Program-made: the position numbers and the translations under genes | Source of the DNA: Welwitschia mirabilis | Taxonomy: Eukaryota | Length of the DNA: 33,137 nucleotides | Direction of reading: 5' to 3' | Assembly (NCBI GenBank): GCA_051453625.1 | Contig: JBOZIK010000001.1 | Coordinates: 10,631,119-10,664,255 of the forward strand | In this document: positions 22,830-33,137 of the stretch, piece by piece | Position numbering within the stretch: position 1 is the first letter of the stretch | Layout: each line of letters starts with the position of its first letter | The notes under the pieces: model-generated | Database searches by the model: none | The model's input: only the letters and a program-made list of their open reading frames with translations | Told to the model about the DNA's origin: nothing

Positions 22830-25330
22830 AAGGTAATTGGCATACAATAGTAATAGTCATTTTTCCCAATTTCTTTATACAGTGATGCCTCAATGTAAAT
22901 TATTCATGAAGTTTCATTAAAATTAATGATGAATTATAAGTGGAATAGAAATTTTACTTTCTTAGGGAACATATATTTTTTCAAGTAGTTAGTTGTGAGT
23001 GAGGGTATCATAAAAGAATATATTGATTCTATAAATTCATTAGACTTTATTTGGAATAGAAATAACAATGATAGATCCTTATTCACTAGTTTTTAAATTC
23101 ATTAAAAAATGCTTTAAAAAACTCCTACTTACTCTTAAAATCATGAGGAATTCCTTGTCATTGAATATCCTTAGTAAACATATGTAGTCTTGCTCTCCTT
23201 AAACCTACTCTAACCTAATTGCAACCCCTCATGAACATTCTTAAACCTGTATTTATACTCTTCTTCATAGATCTTTTGTTAACTTCTTTTTCTAACCTTC
23301 TTCTCAAATTTTAGGTTTTTATAAAGCATTTTGTATTTTTGTACAAAAATTTACATGATATATTAATTTAGTTTCATAATTTATTTTCATGTTTTCTTTA
23401 TTTTGATTTATGTGAGGTTATACTTCCATAATAGATGAAATTCTCTATTGGATGTCTTGGTTTTCTTAGTCAATAATAACACATACAACTCAAAATATAT
23501 TATTTATTATAAAATCTCTAGTTACAAGTTATATAAGTGGAAATTATTATTCATAAATGAATCTTCTAGTGTTTATATATTATTTTCTTAGTGCACATGC
23601 TCTATGAAGTTCCATGGACATTGATGATGAACTATACTTACAATTGGAATTTTATTTTCCTATTAAACACATGTTTCATTAAGTAGTTATTTATAAAAAA
23701 GGGTATCATAGAAGGACCTACTGATTATATAAATTTGTAAACCTCCTTTAAAATAAAAATAGTAAGGCATATCCCTCTTTTAAAATTTTAAAATTTATTT
23801 AAAAAAATGGCTACTTAATCTTAGAATCATGGGAACCCTCTTATCTCTTGAAAATCCTTATTATAATCTTCTTGAATATACTCTAAATATCTACTTAAGC
23901 TTAGAATCATGGGAATCTTCTTGTTGCTAGAAAACACGTATCTTAATCTTTTTAAATCTACTCTAATCTATTGCATGCATGCTTGTTAATCCCTACATGA
24001 ACACACTTAACCTTGTATTTCTATACTCCTTCTTAGATATCTCCTTAACTTATTTCTTTAAATGTCTCCTTAAATTTTAGTTTTAATGAACCATTTTGCA
24101 TATTTGTATAAATCCTAACAACATATCTTCATTTTTCCCTTCTTTTTTGCCTTTTTTTATATGTGATGTTATACTTCCATGATACAAGAAATATTAGCTT
24201 AAAGGTTATAATTCTCTTAACCCATAATAATAATCAATTTAAAATATTTCATGTACAATAAAATCTATAGTTGTAAATTAGCTAAGCATAAATTGTTATA
24301 AGTAAAATATATTTTCTAATATGTTTTATAGATCAATGCCTCAGTACACATGTTTTATGAAGTTCTATAAAACTTGATAATGAAATGTAAGAAGAAATGG
24401 AATTCTACTTTCTTATGGAACACATATTTCATTAAGTAGTTTATGGCAAAGGAAAGTATCATAAAGGAATCTTGGGATTCAGTAGATTCATATATTTATT
24501 TTATAATAGAAATGATAAGGATATCCATCTTCCATAATTTTGAAATTGATTTAAAAAATGATTAAGAAGCATCTACTTAAGATTAAAGTCATAAGATCCC
24601 TACTTTCACTTGAAAATACTTAGTAAAAAGGCCTTGCTTTGATCTTTTTAAACCACTCTAACTTATTGCATGCATGCTTATCAACCCCACAAGAACATGC
24701 TTAGACTTGCACCTCTATGATCCTCTTATAATTTTTCATAGCTTCTTGCTCCAATTTTCTTTTACTTCTTCTCCTTATTCTTCTTTTTAAATGAAGAATT
24801 TTTTATTTTGTAAAAATCTTACAATATATTTTATTTTTTTAAATAGTTTTCTTTTTGTCCCTTTCAGTTTATGTGATTTTACACTTATATGATAAAATAG
24901 ATACAAGATTAAAGGTCTTAGTTCTATTAGCCAGTAATGACATATCAACTCAAAATATTTCATTTATTATAAAATATTTAGTTATAGAGTCACTATGTAT
25001 ACTTGTTAAAAATAAAATGAATTGTATCTTTTTTTTTCTATTGATGTGTTAGTGAGCATGCTTTTTTAAGTTTCATATAAAATTATAATAAATTTAAAGC
25101 AAAATAGGAATTTATTTCCCCTAGGGGACACTTATTCTATTAAGTAATTAGTTGCAAAGCAAGGTAATATAAAGGAACTTATTAGTCCATAGATTCATAA
25201 ATTTCCCTTAAAATCGAAATAATAAGGGTGAAGCCATCTTCCATAATTTTTAAATTCATTATTAAAAAACAAAAAAAAGTTTAATGTATGTACCTACTTA
25301 AGCTTGAATCATCAAAACTAACTTATCATT
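22830..25330 (+). repeat. Degenerate tandem array of ~700-750 bp units (about 3.5 copies, plus a further partial copy at ~25740-25940)
   Basis: Anchor AAGTA(G/A)TT at 22983, 23681, 24434 and 25142 (periods 698, 753, 708), with colinear motifs ATGAAGTT, GGAATT-TA-TTTC, GGTATCATA-AAGGA and CTACTTAA-CTTA-AATCAT. Internal 80-bp duplication at 23811-23969. Confidence 0.8.
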
Positions 25331-26168
25331 AGAAAACTCTTATTTTTTATCAAAAATATTATAACATATGGGGTAGTTTCCATTCACATACATAGATCGT
25401 ACTTCTCAATCAACATTGAGTGAGCTTCCCATATTAAAGGTCATGGGTGTTCCTCACATATTCTTTGTGAATGAGTTAAGAAATATAACAGGAACCTGTT
25501 TCATTAGTTACTGATGGAAGATGGTAACTTGGCTCTAGCACCACATCTTCTACATATGCCATGGACTATTTAAGATCATCCATTGACAAATATCCATGAT
25601 TTAATACCATCAGTTTCCTATGACAAATAATTCCTTCCATTACAACACGAGGGAAACTTGCATCTAGTATGTGAAGAAGGATGTTGAAGCACTACATTCC
25701 TAGTAGTGCAAGGTAGTTTAAGGGTTTGTAGTTTAGGTTTGATTTTGTAATTTAATTTTTATTCAAAATTCTTTTCATTTATATAATGTTACACTTCAGC
25801 TTAGAGATCTTGATTTTCTCATCTAGTACGAAGAAATCCACTCAAGATATTTCATTCATAATAAAATCTTTAATTATAAATTAGCTAAGTATAAATTGTT
25901 ACAAGTCAAATGGGTTTTGTTGTATCTTCTATAAATCCATTAGTCTTTTTTTCCTTTTTAATCTCGTTATCAAATGTGAAGTTATTTAATTCTTTACATA
26001 TTGTTGTGAACCAAATTAACCATATTTAACATCATGTTTGAAGTGTGTTTTTAGTCGTTTTTACAAATTTAATGTTTAAATTAATCACTTTTGATGTCAA
26101 AGACCAAATATAAAGAATTAATAATGATTTAGATCAAAATGGAGTAATCATAAAGCATTTAAGGATGA

Positions 26169-26903
26169 CATGTGGCAGTTACATGTGGTAGTGACATATT
26201 GTGGNNNNNNNNNNNNNNNNNNNNNNNNNNNNNNNNNNNNNNNNNNNNNNNNNNNNNNNNNNNNNNNNNNNNNNNNNNNNNNNNNNNNNNNNNNNNNNNN
26301 NNNNNNNNNNNNNNNNNNNNNNNNNNNNNNNNNNNNNNNNNNNNNNNNNNNNNNNNNNNNNNNNNNNNNNNNNNNNNNNNNNNNNNNNNNNNNNNNNNNN
26401 NNNNNNNNNNNNNNNNNNNNNNNNNNNNNNNNNNNNNNNNNNNNNNNNNNNNNNNNNNNNNNNNNNNNNNNNNNNNNNNNNNNNNNNNNNNNNNNNNNNN
26501 NNNNNNNNNNNNNNNNNNNNNNNNNNNNNNNNNNNNNNNNNNNNNNNNNNNNNNNNNNNNNNNNNNNNNNNNNNNNNNNNNNNNNNNNNNNNNNNNNNNN
26601 NNNNNNNNNNNNNNNNNNNNNNNNNNNNNNNNNNNNNNNNNNNNNNNNNNNNNNNNNNNNNNNNNNNNNNNNNNNNNNNNNNNNNNNNNNNNNNNNNNNN
26701 NNNNNNNNNNNNNNNNNNNNNNNNNNNNNNNNNNNNNNNNNNNNNNNNNNNNNNNNNNNNNNNNNNNNNNNNNNNNNNNNNNNNNNNNNNNNNNNNNNNN
26801 NNNNNNNNNNNNNNNNNNNNNNNNNNNNNNNNNNNNNNNNNNNNNNNNNNNNNNNNNNNNNNNNNNACATGTGGCAGTTACATGTGGTAGTGACATATTG
26901 TGG
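26169..26903. other. N-gap 26205-26867 flanked by a duplicated 36-bp sequence built from ~13-bp units
   Basis: CATGTGGCAGTTACATGTGGTAGTGACATATTGTGG at 26169-26204 and 26868-26903. Confidence 0.85.
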
Positions 26904-26997
26904 TGTTAAAGACACATGGTGATAGCATCGGTTGGCAAAGGCATCATGATCCAAAGGCTAAGTATTGGACTTATCATGATAAATTACACCCAACCAG

Positions 26998-27106
26998 AAA
27001 GACATTACATCAATAAGATGTTACATCAAGAATACATTACATCAAAAGAAGACATTACATCAAAAAAACATGTGGAAGAAGACATTACACCAAGAAGACA
27101 TTACAA
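26998..27106 (+). repeat. ~16-bp minisatellite (AAGACATTACATCA-like), six copies
   Basis: GACATTACA(T/C)CAA-like units start at 27001, 27017, 27033, 27051, 27081 and 27097. Confidence 0.85.
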
Positions 27107-28145
27107 AATCAATGATCTGATTACTCTTGATTCATTACTACTCCTTGGTAACCTAAATAGTCAATCAAAATTTATAAATACCACACTTAGGTTTCCCATT
27201 TCTTAGCTTTTGTGCATTGAAATTACTTATGATATTAGAGTACTTTGGGTAAGGGATCCATCTAACTTAGAGGAGGATCTTACCTTGGTATTGGACTATG
27301 TATCCTCCATTGAGGTGAAGCTATTCTATAACTAATGTAAGAAGCATGATGATTAATAAAAGATCATTTTATTTTTGTTAATTTATCTCTTATGTTCTTT
27401 TAATGTTATGTCAAAATAAAGTTAATTGTAATTTTGATATATTGTATCAGTATCAACTTGGGTGACAACAAGTTGGTAAACTTTTTTGGTTAGTGTTTCC
27501 ATTTAGGCTTGCATCTCATTTTTTTAATTTCTTCATTATATTTTATCTCATCTTTTCATTTTCATTCATTTATCATTCTAAAATTTAGAATAAGAAATCA
27601 TGTTAATTCCTTTTTATTGAATATTCAAAATGTACTTTTGAATTTCTCTCTAGAGTATGACATTTGAGTTGACTACCTATACTAGTATGTTTTGTGTACC
27701 TTAGATACTAAGATTGCAGGTTGTATTCAAATATGATTAATTGAAGAAAAGCACATAGCATGCATCGCAATACATATCTTCTTAAAGAAATAAAAGAAAT
27801 ATTTTTATTATACCTAAGAGCCTAATACATGATAATGATACAAAATTTCTATATTTTTGAATATAGCATTAATGCCCTCCTTTTTTCAAAAAATTCCTAT
27901 ATTTTATGATATTTTAAAATTATTTTATATTATTAGCTCAAAGAATTAGGGTTTTTCAACTACTATTTTATGCATCATAAAGCATAACATCATTTTAACT
28001 TTTAAAATTTTTTTAACTTAATTTTTAAAGCCACCTTTCTGTTATTAAATTTGTTATTGTTCTTTCTAAGATTCTCTTAGCTAATTGTTTTCATATTTTA
28101 TTTGTAATAATAAGCTAGTTTCTTTCAGTATAGTCATGAATGTTA

Positions 28146-28305
28146 AGCTTAAAGCTTTTACTAAAACCTCCTTTCTATTGCCACCATGACTTTCCAAACA
28201 AATGATTTAGACATGCCTAAGGACTCACAATGTATTAAGTAAGGCATCTAAAGGTTTGAAATCAAGATCTTATAAATGTAGGACAAGTGTGTCCTTAATT
28301 AGGAG
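28146..28305 (-). mobile_element. SINE-like family copy (minus strand)
   Basis: The reverse complement reads ACACTTGTCCTACATTT...GATTTCAAACC...AGGCATGTCTAAATCATTTG...ATGGTGG...AGGAGG...AAAGCTTTAAG, colinear with 5454-5641 and 29094-29278. Confidence 0.65.
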
Positions 28306-29093
28306 GAAGGGTCTTATACCGCAAATGGTAATTTGATATTAACTTTTTAAAACATCTAGAATACATATTAAGTATAAGATTAAAATGCTCATGACAAGAC
28401 TATAAAAATGCTATAATAAAAAAGTAACAAAAATAAAAAACAAATCCTATAACTAAGTAATATATAATGTAACTAAAGATAGACTTTTTAAAAACAAGAA
28501 ATAAGCTTTAAGAACTTTTTGTTGCATGATTCTTGAGTGTTATAAAACTACTTTTAAAATATTTACTTTATCTATTAGTTGTAGGTTGTATAAGGATTGG
28601 AATGGAGGTTTGAATTAAAAAAGATATACTATGGAATAACTCGTTTTTAAGGAGATACTTATGAAACTAAGTAATACATATTTCACTAATGCTTTAATAA
28701 TTAGAGATAATAATTAATCTTCAATTGAATTTTCACTATCAAACTGTAGGCCTGAAAAGTAATACTTTATAAAATATAAGCATTAAAACTAGGTCTAGAA
28801 AGTAAAGTTATCAATTCTTTGAAAAACATAATAGCACCAGTGTTTTCTAATTATGTTGAGGATGTAAGATCCAAAACACTTATAAAGCAATCAATAGTTT
28901 CTTATAAGATTTAGTAAATATCCAAGAAGAATATGATTTTAGTTTAGATGAAATTATTAAAAAGGGCATCCCACCAATTAGACTATCATCCCATTATATA
29001 TTTTTATCAATGTATAATAAATGTAAGCTCAGTATGTCGTCTTCTCCCTTATTTGCTCATAATCTAATATTGCAATTAGTAGGAGATGACAAT

Positions 29094-29475
29094 GAGATTG
29101 TAATCCAACTTGTCTGACACTTTTCCTCCATTTAAGAGGTCATGGATTTAAATATTTGTATGATCTACTTAGTACATTATAATGCCCTATGCATAACTAA
29201 ATCATTCATTTAGGAAATTATGGTAGTTTCACTTTGAGGAGGAGCTATGATTACTAGAAGCTTTAAGTTCAACATTTGCTTAGTTGGTGTGATACTCATC
29301 CACCACTCAAAACATCATGGTTTTAAAATTTTAGATGTCTTTCTTGATACTAAAACTTCTACAAATGACTAAGTATAATTAAATCAATTTATTTACATAA
29401 TTGTTATGGTTGCATTCTTAAGTATAAGTACAATCACTACTAGTTTCGAGTTTGATATCCCCTTACCTTCTCCTC
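29094..29475 (+). mobile_element. Two head-to-tail copies of the SINE-like family (~29094-29278 and ~29279-29475)
   Basis: GAGATTGTAATCCAACTTGTCTGACACTTTTCCTCCATTTAAGAGGTCATGGATTTAAAT parallels 5454-5515, and the exact 20-mer at 29191-29210 is shared with copy 1. The second copy has CATGGTTTTAAAATTTTAGATG...GTATAATTAAATCA...TGGTTG...ATCACTA...ATCCCCT. Confidence 0.68.
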
Positions 29476-32400
29476 TATAAGTATTAAATTTAATAGTTTA
29501 TTCTAAGGTTGTAACAAAATTTAGAACCTAAACTAAACAAATGGTTAAAGCATCCTATTTTTGACATTCTATTTCATTTTTTTCCCTTTTTTTTTCCTAC
29601 TCAAAGTTAATCTATCCTTTAGGTTTACCTTTTCATGAGTGATTTGGATTTAATTGATGTACCCAACTTGCATGCTCCGCCTTTAAAATGAGAAATTTTA
29701 AAAAATGAATCTAAAATAAACCCTATTACTACTTCTATGAAAAATAGTGTTTCATCTACTAATTTTGGCATGAAAGACACCTCATTGGCTAAATTAAGAA
29801 ATGGTACTACAAATATTTCTTATGATTTTATTTTAACAAATATTTTATCAATAGATTTTTTCTCTTGCAAAATATGTTGCTTTAAGGTTAGGATTATATG
29901 CCCCACTCTTCTTCACCTAAGTGTGAATTTAGTGTATGTTGGTATAATAAAATACTTTTATAAGACTTGCTTAATATTTTACATAAATTTTTTTCTTTTA
30001 GAATTAAAATATACTTTAATGATATAGTAAGAAATTAATCTTCCCTCATTTTCACATAATCATGTTATTCTTATTATATAAATGAAAAAAATATTTTAAT
30101 GTTAGTGACAGTATGCATCAGACCGTTCCTTAGATGGTTGAACTTTTAGACATGGCTCTAATTTTTTAACCTTTAAAATAAGAAATTGTTAATTTTACTA
30201 ATAATATTCTTCATTCCAAAGATAAAGTTTTCATTAGAGATATTTTGATGTCATTTCTCATCAAGGTGGATCTAATAATTCAAAAGAAAGTTCTCACATT
30301 AAAGGTTGGTAATTCAACTTTCAATCAATTTATGATATATTTAAATCTTCTAGAGTCCTATAATTATTGTTACTATTGAAGTCATATTTTAATAATTATT
30401 CACTTTTAAAAAAGAAATAGGAAATATACCCAAAAAAAAGGACTTTATCTCAAGCATTTAATTTAGGGTTTTAGTCTTATTCTTTATCTGTAAAACCCTC
30501 TCTTCTCTTATCCTAATTAAGCACTATTTTTTGCCCCCTTTTCTCTTCCTTCATTCTTTAATAATATTAGCTAATAGACATAGCAGGACCTATAATTAAT
30601 TTTTAGATTATTTTGGTTTACAAACAATAGCGATGTCATAGGCATGTATCCTCTATTTTTTTCCTAGTTTTTCATCACATAAAAGATGTCTATTGAATAG
30701 TTAATGAGATATAAACTTGTTATAAACATACATGGATAAGTTTAAGGATAATACATAACCAATATAATAGGAGGTTTCAACTCTAATTAATGGCATTCTA
30801 ACTTGATATCCAGCCACCCTCCAGATATGAGTTAATTCTGCTTTGGATTCTAAACTATACAAACATGGTTGGGCTTAACTTCATGGGATTTTCCTTCATC
30901 TTAATATACCCTTAATAGAGGTGGTAGGTGGTACATGAGGTGGATGCACGCTTACAAATAACTCCCGCTTCCTTGAAGCATCTCTAGATGGTACAATATG
31001 ATCCATTGATGCCACGGGCTTGAAATATTAAGTCAAGGTAAGTTCATACATCGGTAAAGTAGGAGAGTGATGATCAAATCCACTTCCAGAAGAGTATTAT
31101 ATAAAATAATTCAATGTAACCCACCTTGGTGATGAAATCCAACTGTGGGAATAAACATTATTAGAATTATCTCGATTTAGTCCTGTTCGATGAATATACC
31201 ACACAAATGCATGCATATAATTCTAACTCATGTGGATATTTAATAAATTATTTACCTAGATATAGTAATTCTAATAATCATTAGGTTCATTTTATAGAAA
31301 CAACTATTAAAAAAAAACAAAAATACAAGAACATCTATGTACTTAAGATTACAATAATGAAAATCTAGATAAAGGAAATTTTTTAATCTAAATAAAAGAA
31401 ATATTTTTTCTTTTTTTTGATTCAATAATAATAAAAATATTTAAAACATATGAAATCACATGTTAATAATATACCTAAAGAAACTAAAACATACCTGGAA
31501 TTATGTCAATCCTAGAAACATTCTTTCACACTCATATGACAATCTCCATGGATTTGTGCAAAGAAGGTAAACAAAATAAAGTATAGATTAAGCATAATTA
31601 CTAAGATATAAATCTTTAGCCAAGATTTATATGGCTATATTATAAGTTAATAGGAAAAAAAGTGATAAGCTAAAAACTATTTATGTTACTTAAATTACTA
31701 AAGTAAAAACTCTTACAAGCATACACATTTAAAATAAGATAAAGAAAAAGGTAAAAGAGGTATTTCTACAAATAAAATACTATTTAGATAATTTAATTTA
31801 AATTTACTAATAGAAACGTGTTATCAAATTCCCTATAAAATTTGATGTAATAATTTTTCTATAATTTAAAACATTAATTATAACATTTTGGGGCTCTAAG
31901 AGACATCATAGTCAAAAATTAATAATTAATTAATTATTAAGTAAAAAATAATTATAATAGTTTTTCAAAAACTAGACACATAATAGAATCCTTAAAATAT
32001 AACTTAAACTATCTTGGAATTCTAGAAATATTATCTCTAACAAGGTGTTTTGGAAATCTTATTCAATTTTTTACTGCTTAGGATGCTCAAGTTTGCAAGT
32101 CTTAACAAATAGCTATAGAAATGTAAATTACTAGCATATTGTTTTTTTGAATTTGTAACATATTTTAACAAATACTTTTTTTTTTAAATTATCCATAAGA
32201 AAAATTACTGTTTTTACATTTTCATGTTCATAACATAATCTCATGCTTACAAAAAACTTTTCACTAATTTATACCTACTAATTAATAATACATGATGTTT
32301 TTATCTTATGCCTATATTCTGTAAATTTAATTTTTACCGAAAAATATGGTAAAGTTTCTACAAATAATTAAGCAATAACTTAAATTAATAAAATAATAGA

Positions 32401-33137
32401 TATATTAACTATTTACTTTAAAATATCTTAACTAAGTTACTAATTCAAATCACAATAGAAATAAAAATCAAATCAATTCAAAATAGACCATTTACTATGA
32501 GCTTTAGGATTTCCATGAAAGAGTACTAGCCTAAAGAGATTTTTGAGGATCATACTTTGCCCCTAATAAGATGGACCTAATGCATAATAGATAAAAATAT
32601 AATATTAAAATAAACATGGGTACCCAATTTTTCCCCCCCTTTTTTTTTGAATAGTGAACCTCTTAGTCACTTGGTTATTATCATCCATTAGTAACCTCCA
32701 TCGCCAAGCATAAGAGACCCTTGGTATCTCCCAAGTATCTTGGTAAGAGCCAATGGAAGGAAAGACCATAAATAATTCCCTAATGTAATATCACATCATT
32801 CCACTAGAATCTTAAAAAGATATCATATGGATAATAAGAGTAAAGAGCTTCCTTGGGAAGATTAGTAAGTCTTTGATAGTTGAATATTAATGAAGATCCA
32901 AGCTCAAGAGTTGCTTAGATTCAAGATTCTAATCTCTAAGCTCCACAAGTATAAGAATGAAAACAAGAGAGAGGAAAAAAGGAAATGCACTTAGGTGAAG
33001 AAAAAATGTAAAGTCTCTCCTTTCATAAGAGAGAAAAGCACCTCTGTATATAGATAAATAGAGGCACATAGCTCAAGATCACAAAATCACATGATTTAGT
33101 ATTGATAAGTGGGATAAGTGACATTGAAGTACAAAAA

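Larger units (their letters stand above)
26002..27470 (+). mobile_element. Probable LTR (TG...CA with 18-bp imperfect terminal inverted repeat), spanning an N-gap
   Basis: The start TGTTGTGAACCAAATTAA matches the reverse complement of the end, TGTTGTCACCCAAGTTGA, at 14/18. It is followed by AGTTGGTA (PBS-like TGGTA). AATAAA signals lie near the 3' end. No target-site duplication is seen. Confidence 0.55.

Noticed and set aside
26998-27106. CRISPR-like repeat spacing
   Set aside because: Head-to-tail minisatellite without unique 25-45 nt spacers, no cas genes, and a eukaryotic context.
32650-33137. Possible minus-strand LTR at the window end
   Set aside because: Composition is suggestive, but no TG/CA boundary, PBS/PPT or partner copy is visible.

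Overview
AT-rich land-plant nuclear scaffold from a draft assembly with five N-gaps, three of them flanked by duplicated sequence. The only recognisable host protein-coding gene is a BYPASS1/ROH1-like (DUF793-family) gene on the minus strand (11927-12994; homology runs further upstream to an in-frame stop). A second CpG-retaining island at ~7.2-9.6 kb carries a chain of good splice signals on + but no recognisable protein. The rest is heavily C>T/G>A-decayed repeat DNA: two Ty1/copia fragments, two clear L1-type LINE remnants, a Ty3/gypsy integrase tail, a probable LTR, a ~200-bp tRNA-like SINE-type family with about six copies, and a ~700-750 bp degenerate tandem array. The most notable observation is a near full-length but decayed Merlin (IS1595/ISXO2-type) DDE transposase at ~6440-7200. 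It is missing from the ORF track and can only be read across frameshifts and stops. To my knowledge this superfamily is seldom reported in land plants. All calls come from manual translation and motif recognition; no searches were run.
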